A DNA stretch of 31,305 bases. It comes from DHVE2 group archaeon (GTDB lineage: Archaea; Thermoplasmatota; Thermoplasmata; Thermoplasmatales; Aciduliprofundaceae). The stretch covers positions 1 through 31,305 of the forward strand of contig JALWEL010000144.1 in NCBI GenBank assembly GCA_027014065.1, read 5' to 3'. The first letter of the stretch is position 1. Each line of letters opens with the position of its first letter. Made by a program: the position numbers and the translations under genes. This document shows, in pieces, positions 8,768 through 17,200 of this stretch. The notes beneath the pieces were generated by a model that was not told the origin of the DNA, ran no database searches, and saw nothing but the letters and a program-made list of their open reading frames with translations.

Positions 8768-9638
8768 ATTCCCATCTGGAATATTTGGACTGGACAGGTT
8801 AATAGAAGGAGGATTTAGAGATAAGACGGCCAACGTGATTGTTGGTTCAAGCGGTACTGGAAAAACGACATTTGCCATACAATTTATCATGCATGGCATC
8901 GAGAACGGAGAACAAGGCTTGTACATCTCCCTCGAGGAGAAACCGAAGCAGATAATGGAAGAAGCCGCGCTAATGGGCTTTGACATGGAAAAGCATTACG
9001 AAGAAAGCCTGTTTTTCATTCATCTCAAAGGCGAGAATTTCAAAAAGATGATCGAGGAGCAACTTCCAGCTTTGGTGAAAGCAAGGAGCGATTATTTGAT
9101 AAAGACGAGGATAGTGGTGGATCCTCTGACTCCCGTTATATGGGCCACCGACGATAAGTTGCAGCAGAGAGAGCTCATAGGTAAGTTGTTCTACACGGTC
9201 AAGAATTTAGGTGTGGTTGTTGCCACCGTTGAAGAGCATACAAAGCCTGGAGAAACCATAGGCGAGGATGTTCTCACTCCCGTGTATCTTTCGGACGGTG
9301 TTCTCCATCTGGATTATTATCCGGTCGGCGGAGCATTCAACAGGACCCTTCAGATTCTCAAGATGAGGGGAACCAAGCATGGAGAGGGCGTTTATCCCTT
9401 CATATTCGTGCGCGGTGCTGGAATCGTAGTAAGGAGCACACCTCTGGAAACCAAAGAAGAGGAGAAGAAGGATTATTCCAAGGTATTCGATGAAGCCATA
9501 GAGACTGCAAAGATGCTCAAGGCTCAACCGAATGTGATAATGAAGATAGAGAACATAAAGAAATGGTGGAACTATCCTTACTCGCCAGAGGAGATAATCG
9601 AAATAATATTTGACTCATACGGCTTAAAGGTGAGGTGA
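8757..9638 (+). CDS. Single-domain KaiC/RAD55-like RecA-superfamily ATPase
   Basis: 'SGIFGLDRLIEGG', Walker A GSSGTGKT, 'YISLEE', Walker B 'RIVVD', 'YLSDGVLHL' and 'ILKMRGTKH'. SD AAGGAGGTGA (the start may be 8760). Confidence 0.93.
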   Translation: MMNRFPSGIFGLDRLIEGGFRDKTANVIVGSSGTGKTTFAIQFIMHGIENGEQGLYISLEEKPKQIMEEAALMGFDMEKHYEESLFFIHLKGENFKKMIEEQLPALVKARSDYLIKTRIVVDPLTPVIWATDDKLQQRELIGKLFYTVKNLGVVVATVEEHTKPGETIGEDVLTPVYLSDGVLHLDYYPVGGAFNRTLQILKMRGTKHGEGVYPFIFVRGAGIVVRSTPLETKEEEKKDYSKVFDEAIETAKMLKAQPNVIMKIENIKKWWNYPYSPEEIIEIIFDSYGLKVR

Positions 9639-9639
9639 A

Positions 9640-10425
9640 TTGCAGGGGAAAAAGTTGGAGAAGACCCTTGAGGCGAGGGACGTCACTCTTCTGCGCTCTC
9701 TGTTGCATCTTTCCATAATGCGTCTCAAAGAAGAGGGAAACATAGATTTGATACTCTTTGTGGGTGTGAATGGAAGGATATTCGATTCTCTAATCCCGGA
9801 GGTTCTCGACGCAAAGGAGTACTATTTGCTAAACATGTTCAAGTCCAACCTCTACAAAATATGCTCTCAACTGAAGAGCAAGAACATGAAGATATCCATC
9901 GAAGCATATAGCAGTGGAACGATGATCATATCAAAGGTTGGAGATGCGGCGTTCCTCGCGGTTATGATTACCAGGGAATTAGAACACGAGGAGTTGCAGA
10001 AATTAATTGCGGTGACAAAGAAGTGGAGTATTATCGTGAATCACATCTTCCAGCTCAAGCCCCTGAGCGGGCCAGAGATAGATGGATATCCCGATGAAAT
10101 AAAAGAAGAGTTCCACAAGCTGAGCAGACAGCTTTTCGTCAAGAGTTTCGCGCATACGAAGCAGTACAGGAAGAATCAGAAAATCATGGAATACTTCAAA
10201 AAGGAGCTTTCTTCGATTGTGGGTGTGGGGATGGTTGACGAGGTGATAACAATATCATTCAACGAGTTGGGAACTGCGCCTCAGTACATGACGGACGACC
10301 TCTGGCCCATATTCGTGGAAAAGATAGCTAACAGGGTTCGTACGATCCGGGGGGATATGATCGCGGACGAGTACTATAAGAAATGGCTTAGTGATGTTGA
10401 GCGCCTGATAAGAAGCTTTGTGTGA
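9640..10425 (+). CDS. Roadblock/LC7 (longin-like) domain protein with a C-terminal helical domain
   Basis: Helix-'LILFVGVNGRIFDS'-helix-'ISIEAYSSGTMIISKVGDAAFLAVM'-helix gives roadblock topology. TTG start preceded by GAGGTGA. Confidence 0.6.
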   Translation: MQGKKLEKTLEARDVTLLRSLLHLSIMRLKEEGNIDLILFVGVNGRIFDSLIPEVLDAKEYYLLNMFKSNLYKICSQLKSKNMKISIEAYSSGTMIISKVGDAAFLAVMITRELEHEELQKLIAVTKKWSIIVNHIFQLKPLSGPEIDGYPDEIKEEFHKLSRQLFVKSFAHTKQYRKNQKIMEYFKKELSSIVGVGMVDEVITISFNELGTAPQYMTDDLWPIFVEKIANRVRTIRGDMIADEYYKKWLSDVERLIRSFV

Positions 10426-11711
10426 GAAATATGGATGTGGAGGAAAAGATAAAAAAGATGGACGAGTCGCTGAAGAATAGGGCAACAACCGCAATGCTCT
10501 CCGAGATGAGAAAAGACTTGGAGAAGAAAATAGCGGATCTCCAAGAGATGATTGATACTAAGAGCTGGGAGCGTGGAGATGAGATAAATAAGTTGAGAGA
10601 GGAGATAAAAGAAATAGAGGGAAAAATACAGGAGATGAAGAAATCGTCCATGAGTCTCCAGGATGATATATCTCTTTTGAGAAAATATTTTTTGAAATAC
10701 GAAAAGATCCAGAAAAGGCTAAAAAACATGGAAGAGGTAATGGGAATAGAGGAGGACATAAATGTCAACAAGATTCCTCCCAGCATACTGCGGTTGGTTT
10801 ATCAGTACACACTCAACGATGCTATCGACATGCTCAGAAAATATGTTGGGCCATCCGAATCCGAGAGGATAATGAAGTACGTTTTGCAGGATGTGAGGAC
10901 TCGAACCAGCGGAACGGAGCTTTTCAAGCTGGTAAATGGAAAGATAGAGGCTCGAGATATTGAGAAGGCTATAAAAAAGAAGTTAATATCCCCCAAGCAG
11001 ATTCATTTGACCTACATAGAGATTATAAACAAAATACGGGAGTACATTCCCGGATTCGTACCAAAGAATTTCGCATCGCTTCTCCGCACGAAGGGGCAGG
11101 AGTACGCCATCGAGACTTCCACCGAAAATAGAATAAGAATTGAAATGCTGGAAAGGAGCATAGAGAACATGAGGAGTGAGATGGCATATCAGGAAAACAT
11201 ACTCAGGGATGACATAAGCGAAATCAAGAGAATGATAGAAATGGATATTCAGAACACTGCGAATTCTTTGAGTGAGCGAATCTCCAAAGTTGAGGAAATG
11301 GTCTCAGGTCTTCACGATGAGATGGAGAGGATCGCGGATACAATTAAGCATATGTTCCCTTACATATCCTCGTTAAGGAGTCAGATTTATTCGAAGATAA
11401 TGGAAGATATACCTGCTGAAGGCATACCTTTGGAAAATTTAGAATATCCTGCCGAAATTATAAACGATTTTCTAAACGAGGAGATAAACAGAGGGGATGT
11501 GATTTTGCAGGATAATGTGGTGTATTCCACGGAGAAAATAAAGAATAGAATTCTTGAAGCTTTGGGGGAGAGATCCCTGAGCTTTTCGAATCTGAGGAAG
11601 GAGCTTGGATATGATAAGGAAATTTTGGTAACGGTACTGGAATGGATGAAAAAAGAAGGTACAATCGAGGAGAAAAAGTATGGAAAAGGAAAGAAATATA
11701 AAAGGAGGTGA
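10422..11711 (+). CDS. Coiled-coil protein with a central helical domain and C-terminal winged helix/helices
   Basis: Heptad-rich segments at about aa 1-105 and 230-315. The C-terminal 'RILEALGERSLSFSNLRKELGYDKEILVTVLEWMKKEGTIEEKKYGKGKKY' is a wHTH. GTGA overlap with the previous gene. Confidence 0.7.
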   Translation: MRNMDVEEKIKKMDESLKNRATTAMLSEMRKDLEKKIADLQEMIDTKSWERGDEINKLREEIKEIEGKIQEMKKSSMSLQDDISLLRKYFLKYEKIQKRLKNMEEVMGIEEDINVNKIPPSILRLVYQYTLNDAIDMLRKYVGPSESERIMKYVLQDVRTRTSGTELFKLVNGKIEARDIEKAIKKKLISPKQIHLTYIEIINKIREYIPGFVPKNFASLLRTKGQEYAIETSTENRIRIEMLERSIENMRSEMAYQENILRDDISEIKRMIEMDIQNTANSLSERISKVEEMVSGLHDEMERIADTIKHMFPYISSLRSQIYSKIMEDIPAEGIPLENLEYPAEIINDFLNEEINRGDVILQDNVVYSTEKIKNRILEALGERSLSFSNLRKELGYDKEILVTVLEWMKKEGTIEEKKYGKGKKYKRR

Positions 11712-11716
11712 AAAAA

Positions 11717-12346
11717 GTGTTGGATATTGCCCTGGTATCACTCATACAGGATATGAGTGAGAAGGCAGGAGTGGAAGGAACGATACAGTACTGGCTGCGC
11801 GTGGGAGAGAATCTTGCGAAGAGAATGGGTAAGGAAGCATACATGGGCTGGCCCTCTTTCAACGTGGCTCTGAGAGAGGGAAGAACAGCATTCTCCATTG
11901 AGGGAAATGTTGTTGCCTTAACGGATTTGGCAATAACGGATATAGATGGAGATGTTGTTGGATACATCTATGCTCTGGAGAAATGCGTTTTTGAGCCCAC
12001 AATACTGAGAGTGAGGTACAGCGTCGGTCAATTGCCAAAGGCGGACAAGCAGATAGCGGATGAGTACAACATGACTTACAGGAACATCGCTGTGTGCAAT
12101 TTCTGCATTATACATGTGAAATTCAGAGAGGAAGTGGCTAGAAATATAACAATCGCCGGCCAGCCCTTGGAGGCTTTGCATCTGGCAAATCGAGGATTCA
12201 CCGGTGACACAAAGATAGACGAGGAGAATTTGAACAAGATTGGTATAAACCGTGAGTACGTTCGTAGCTTACTGAGGAATTACGCGTGCGTGTTTGCACT
12301 GGTGATGAAAGGTGCCCGCTTGAAGGGGGAGGTGAATGAAGAATGA
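11717..12346 (+). CDS. Uncharacterised V4R/H-NOX-like protein A (Cys/His-containing)
   Basis: SD GGAGGTGA at 11704-11711 favours GTG 11717. Contains 'YALEKCVF', 'VCNFCIIH' and 'YACVF'. Paralog of the next gene. Confidence 0.65.
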   Translation: MLDIALVSLIQDMSEKAGVEGTIQYWLRVGENLAKRMGKEAYMGWPSFNVALREGRTAFSIEGNVVALTDLAITDIDGDVVGYIYALEKCVFEPTILRVRYSVGQLPKADKQIADEYNMTYRNIAVCNFCIIHVKFREEVARNITIAGQPLEALHLANRGFTGDTKIDEENLNKIGINREYVRSLLRNYACVFALVMKGARLKGEVNEE

Positions 12347-12966
12347 AGCAGATAAGCGGAGATAATGAGGAATTGCTTGACAATCCAATGGTGGATATTG
12401 CAACGTATCTCTTCCTGGAGGACATAGCGGACAAGCAAGGCGCAGCCGGAATGAACAATTATCTGATGAGCCTCGCATATTCACTGGCCAGAAGCATGCC
12501 AGAGGAAGAATACACGAGCTGGGATAGTTTCGTGGAAGCCATAGTGAAAGGAGAATCCATTCTGTCTGCATTCGAGAAGGTTAATGCCGTGTCCAGCAAT
12601 TGTATGGTGACCGTTGATAGTCCGTTCCTCAGAGGGTGGAAAGAATACACTAAGAGAATTGGTGAATTCCCTAGGATACACAAGGAGGTAGCTGAGTACT
12701 ACAACTCCCGCATCACTCCAACGGCGATAGAGACCGGGGATATTATCATACAGACTTACAGAAAAGCGGCAGCCGAGAAAATCACGGTTGAGGGTAAAAA
12801 GGTGAAAGTGGCACACATAGCAACGGTTTCTCCCGATGGTTCAAAGAAGATAGCACCGGAAGAATGGCTACCCATTCTGTTGGAGAAAGCGAACATAACG
12901 AGGACACAGCTTAATATGATTCTAAGGAACAATGCGGCAGTATGGATCATTTACCCCACCCAATAA
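12343..12966 (+). CDS. Uncharacterised V4R/H-NOX-like protein B (paralog of 11717-12346, lacking the Cys ligands)
   Basis: Colinear motif matches to the upstream gene over the full length. ATGA overlap and SD GGAGGTGA. Confidence 0.65.
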   Translation: MKQISGDNEELLDNPMVDIATYLFLEDIADKQGAAGMNNYLMSLAYSLARSMPEEEYTSWDSFVEAIVKGESILSAFEKVNAVSSNCMVTVDSPFLRGWKEYTKRIGEFPRIHKEVAEYYNSRITPTAIETGDIIIQTYRKAAAEKITVEGKKVKVAHIATVSPDGSKKIAPEEWLPILLEKANITRTQLNMILRNNAAVWIIYPTQ

Positions 12967-12981
12967 TTTTGGGTGTTTTTT

Positions 12982-13506
12982 TTGATAATCATTGCGAAGG
13001 ACACAGACAACGATTACTATTTGATAGAAGAAGCAAGCGAGGTGGATGAGTTCAAAATCGGAAGTTTGAATTTTTTTCACCTTTACGGAATCGTGGATTA
13101 TCGGGAAACTTTTAAAATTTGGCTCCGTAAATTTCCGAGACCCATTTTCATCACGGCGGTTCGCGGGGATACCATAATTGGATTTATTTACGTAGATGCG
13201 TGGGAAGAGTTGCCTTTCGTGGTAAATGTGCTGCGTGCACAGGAAACTGAGGAAAGGTTGAGAGGAAAGAAAATAGGTTACAAGCTTTTTCTTCTCGGTG
13301 CTTATTTAACTTCGGAATACATGATCACAAAACCTTTAACCGAGCAATCCAGAAGATTTTACAAAAAATTAGGATTTGAGGATATATCTCAAATACCCCT
13401 GTTCGGAAATTACCATCAGGTTGTGGGATACATGGGACTGCCAACGGATAAAAAAAGAGAACATGTTGCGCAGATATCCTCGTATTTTACTGCCCTTTCG
13501 CTTTAA
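12982..13506 (+). CDS. GNAT-family N-acetyltransferase
   Basis: 'GDTIIGFIYV', motif A 'QETEERLRGKKIGYKLF' and motif B 'SRRFYKKLGFE'. TTG 12982 follows SD GGGTG; GTG 12973 is the alternative start. Confidence 0.8.
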   Translation: MIIIAKDTDNDYYLIEEASEVDEFKIGSLNFFHLYGIVDYRETFKIWLRKFPRPIFITAVRGDTIIGFIYVDAWEELPFVVNVLRAQETEERLRGKKIGYKLFLLGAYLTSEYMITKPLTEQSRRFYKKLGFEDISQIPLFGNYHQVVGYMGLPTDKKREHVAQISSYFTALSL

Positions 13507-13507
13507 T

Positions 13508-14284
13508 TTATTTTTTCCATTTTGGAGCATTTTCCCTTTTTCCGTGTTTCTTACCCATGAGCATGAATGTAAATAGGCTCGCTAAGGTGATCAGGGTGGC
13601 GATTCCCAAGTATCCGACCCAATCATAGTTTGGTGGATTTCCTATGTATATTGTTCTGCTGTAACTTACTTTGTTGTTTTCGAACATCACCCCTTTCTCT
13701 ATGAGTCTCATCTCTAAAACGTGCTCTCCATCGCCCACATCTGGCACCCAAATGTACTTTACCTGTTTGGTGGAATTCGCCCCTATTTTGTCAACGGTAG
13801 TATTCCCTATGTATCTTCCGTCGATGTAGAAATTAACTGTTACATTTGTTATTGTGTAATTTTCTACGTTTTTAACGTTAGCTACAATGGTGTACGATTT
13901 TTTTACCTCCACCGCGAGCTTTCTTTCGAACACCTTTACTTTGTGCGTTGAATTTACCAGACCATAGCCCCTAAAATCTAAGTATATTGTTTGGGTTGCG
14001 TTAGGCGTTGTTACATCGAAGGTGAAATATCCATCGTAGCTTGTTTTTAGCACCTCCGATAATGGCTCAGCGCCGCTGAGATTTTGACCACCAATCAGAA
14101 GCGTGCATTTGTACATGTCAAAATCTCCGTTTATGTATACTTTGTACTGAACGGTGGTGTTCATGGCAACCACCGTGGGCCCCTCCACATGCATTCCCGC
14201 GCTGGAGGCACCCGAACTCATGGGGAACATGTAAAGAAATGAGAGAAATATCAGTAGAGATAGAATCAATCCTGTGCCTTTCAT
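13508..14284 (-). CDS. Secreted CARDB/Ig-like domain protein with a C-terminal membrane anchor
   Basis: N-terminal signal peptide, CARDB-like 'TIVANVKNV...VTVNFYIDG...GEHVLEM', C-terminal TM helix and basic tail. ATGA overlap with the aglB stop. Confidence 0.8.
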   Translation of the reverse strand: MKGTGLILSLLIFLSFLYMFPMSSGASSAGMHVEGPTVVAMNTTVQYKVYINGDFDMYKCTLLIGGQNLSGAEPLSEVLKTSYDGYFTFDVTTPNATQTIYLDFRGYGLVNSTHKVKVFERKLAVEVKKSYTIVANVKNVENYTITNVTVNFYIDGRYIGNTTVDKIGANSTKQVKYIWVPDVGDGEHVLEMRLIEKGVMFENNKVSYSRTIYIGNPPNYDWVGYLGIATLITLASLFTFMLMGKKHGKRENAPKWKK

Positions 14285-17200
14285 CTCCTATACCTCCCTA
14301 CTATGAGTATTGCAACCGCAAGAGCTATGGCCGCTCCCCATACCCAGTAATAATAGTCTTCTATCTCTATTCCAGTGTAATTGTGCACGTTCTCTCCGAC
14401 CACGTACAGACTACTATGTCCAATTTCTGGAGAGTAGAGCTGTAATTTCACCACGTTGTCTTTCTTCCCATCGAAGGCAGATAATTCAACTGGTTCCACA
14501 AGCGAAGGATTTTTAGTTGTGGCTGTAGCTATTATTTTCACCTTGTAGCTCTGTCCCGCACTCAGATTCACCCAGTTTCTCTTCTCTCCGTTTACCAAAA
14601 TCACTATATTCCATCCTTTGTCTTTCAGCTCCATTCCGTTGAGTACTGAAAGAGTGTAATTCACCCTGAGGTTACCTTTGTTCTCTATATTAACCACATA
14701 CACCAAGGAGTTATTATCCCATCCTATCATATTTTCCTTCAAATAAGTTTCGTATCTGGCGGTCACGTTTGTGTGTATTGTGATATCCTGGGATAGCCCG
14801 GAGAACACTACGCGAATCTGCAGACTGTTTTCTCCGTACTTGGCTGATTTTGGCACTTGTAGGATCAGGGAAACCATTTTGTTCTCTCCCGGATATAACG
14901 TGTATTTTTCTTTGTTCTTTATTTCCCAGCCGTTTACTCCTTCAAAGCTCACATTTTCTGCTATGTTTCCTTCGTTGCTTATCCTCATGGTTATGCCCAT
15001 GGTGCCGTTGGGATTCACCAACGCATCTGCGGAAATAACCTTCGCGTCTATTATGTGCGAAGTGTCTCTCTTTAAGTGTATATCGTAGGCCATATCTCCG
15101 GTTATGTTTATTTTCTCGTCGAAGTAATAGGTTATGTTTAATCCATACTCTACTCTGCTCACGCTTGCTCGAATTCTATATTCTCCCTTAGGCAAAATTA
15201 CCCAGTAATACCCGTAAGATGGTATGTCGATGGTGGCTTTTTCAACACTAATATGGATAATCGTATTTACTCTCTCCCCTTTAAGATACGTGGCTCCGCT
15301 TATTACATATCCCTTTTCCATGCTTATGTTTAGGTGCATCTCTTTACCGCTCACATAAACCTCGGAGATATTCGCGTATTTATTATTGCCAGAGATGAAG
15401 TATGTATACATCATGTAATGTCCAGGTGTCAGATGAATTTCGTAGTTTCCAGTGGCATCCGTGACCGCAGTTTCGTTTGATGCGTATCTTTCCAAGGAGA
15501 TGAAGCGAATCACACAATTTCCAAACTCATCCGCACCGGTGAGCTTGCCTTTGAGGTCAGTGAGGATGTTGGTTTTGATTACGTTGAGTGTAACTGTGGT
15601 ATTTGATCTTATCTCTGTTTCATTCAACGCGTGGTACACGTAGTAGTTTCCGTTTTCAACCTTCGTCTTGGTTATAGTGAAGTTATAGTATCCTGCCGGA
15701 AGCCTTACCATACCTGTGGCGGTTATGTACGCACTACCATTTCTCACATTCACCGGAGTATCTGGGGAGTAGTTAACTATGTTGAAAGTAACAGAATATG
15801 CCGGATACAGAGGAACCTCGATTGTTGCATTCTCTTCGATGTCCACTGAAATCATGTTTGCTGATGTTTCGTTGGTAGCGTATATTGTGTATTTTCCTAT
15901 CAATATGTCCTTTACCTTTCCGCTCGTTATGTTGCGGCCATTTTTGAACCAGCTCACATGGTCTGCCTGAGAAACTATCATTACATGAGCGTAAGCTTTG
16001 AAGGTTATGTTGAACGTCTGCTGGGCAAATCCCTGGTGTACCACCAATTTACCAGTTTGTATCTGGTATGTGCGATTGTATCCAAAGATGCTCACGGTAT
16101 AATTACCCGGGGGCAGATACACAGAATATTTCGAGGTCACACCATAAACTTCCTGTGTGTAATTATCCGCTGATTTGAACCTTATGTTAACTGGTATGTT
16201 ATTTACCATGTTTCCTCTGCTTAGTATCCCACTCACGTGGGTCATTGAAGGAGCCACTTTTACTTTCACAAATTTCCCGTAAGATACGGAAGTCTGATTG
16301 TATCCCCAGAGTATTGTTTTTATCTTGTAATCGATGGTTGTGGGCATGGTGAAGTTTCCATCGGGCGGTATGTTGCGTATCTCGTATATTCCTTGGGAAT
16401 CGTAGAGACACACAAGGCCATTATCTATAATTTCTCCAGGATCTACTTTGTTGTTATTGTTCTTATCAAAATAAACAGTTCCTGTCACATTATATGCTCT
16501 GTGAAGCGTTACGTCCACATATCTGTTACTGCTCACGTGTATAATTTCTCTCCCAAAGTAAGGAGTGCGGTTATCCGTGAAACCAACGGAGCCAATCACG
16601 TACTTGCCTGCAGGTAGATATACTTCGAAGTAATTGGTTCCATTGGCAAACGCTCTGTAAAACGTATTTTCTCCATATATGCCAACTTCTGGATTCTTAA
16701 CTTTGGCATCAACATGAACGTATCCGTATATCTTATACGCTTCTTTCAGATGCAAATTCATATTCATGTTGCCGTTCAGATTTATGGTGTTCAGATAGGC
16801 AATTCTTTTGTTATTGACATAACCTGTGGTGTATATTGTGTATATCCCTCCAGGAATCTTTATGTTGAAGTACCCTTTGCCGTCGGTGGAAATTATATAT
16901 ATGTCGTGAGGGAGCAACTCTGATGTTATCTTTATTGTCAAATGCCCTGCAGGGATACCCTCAAATGTGGCCCTGCCGCTCAGCTTGAATGCATGGCGAA
17001 GGGTTAAGTTCACTGAAGTGGTGTAGTTCCATAGGTTTACAATCACTATCTGATTTGAGGATTTAAACTCTCCAATGCTGGCCACCACGGTGTAATTATC
17101 CGGCACAACCATCACTTTAAAGCTTCCATTCTCATCGGTGTTAACATGATATTTTGCGTAAATTCCTTTGAGCTCCACGGTTGCGTTGTTTGCAGGGGTA

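Noticed and set aside
8329-8775. 148-aa Ser/Phe-rich minus-strand ORF and many similar short antisense ORFs in the track
   Set aside because: Antisense shadows of Glu/Lys-rich real genes, with no SD, no motifs and biased composition.
8757-9638. Circadian clock (KaiABC) interpretation
   Set aside because: Single domain, no S/T phospho-pair, and no kaiA or kaiB in the window.
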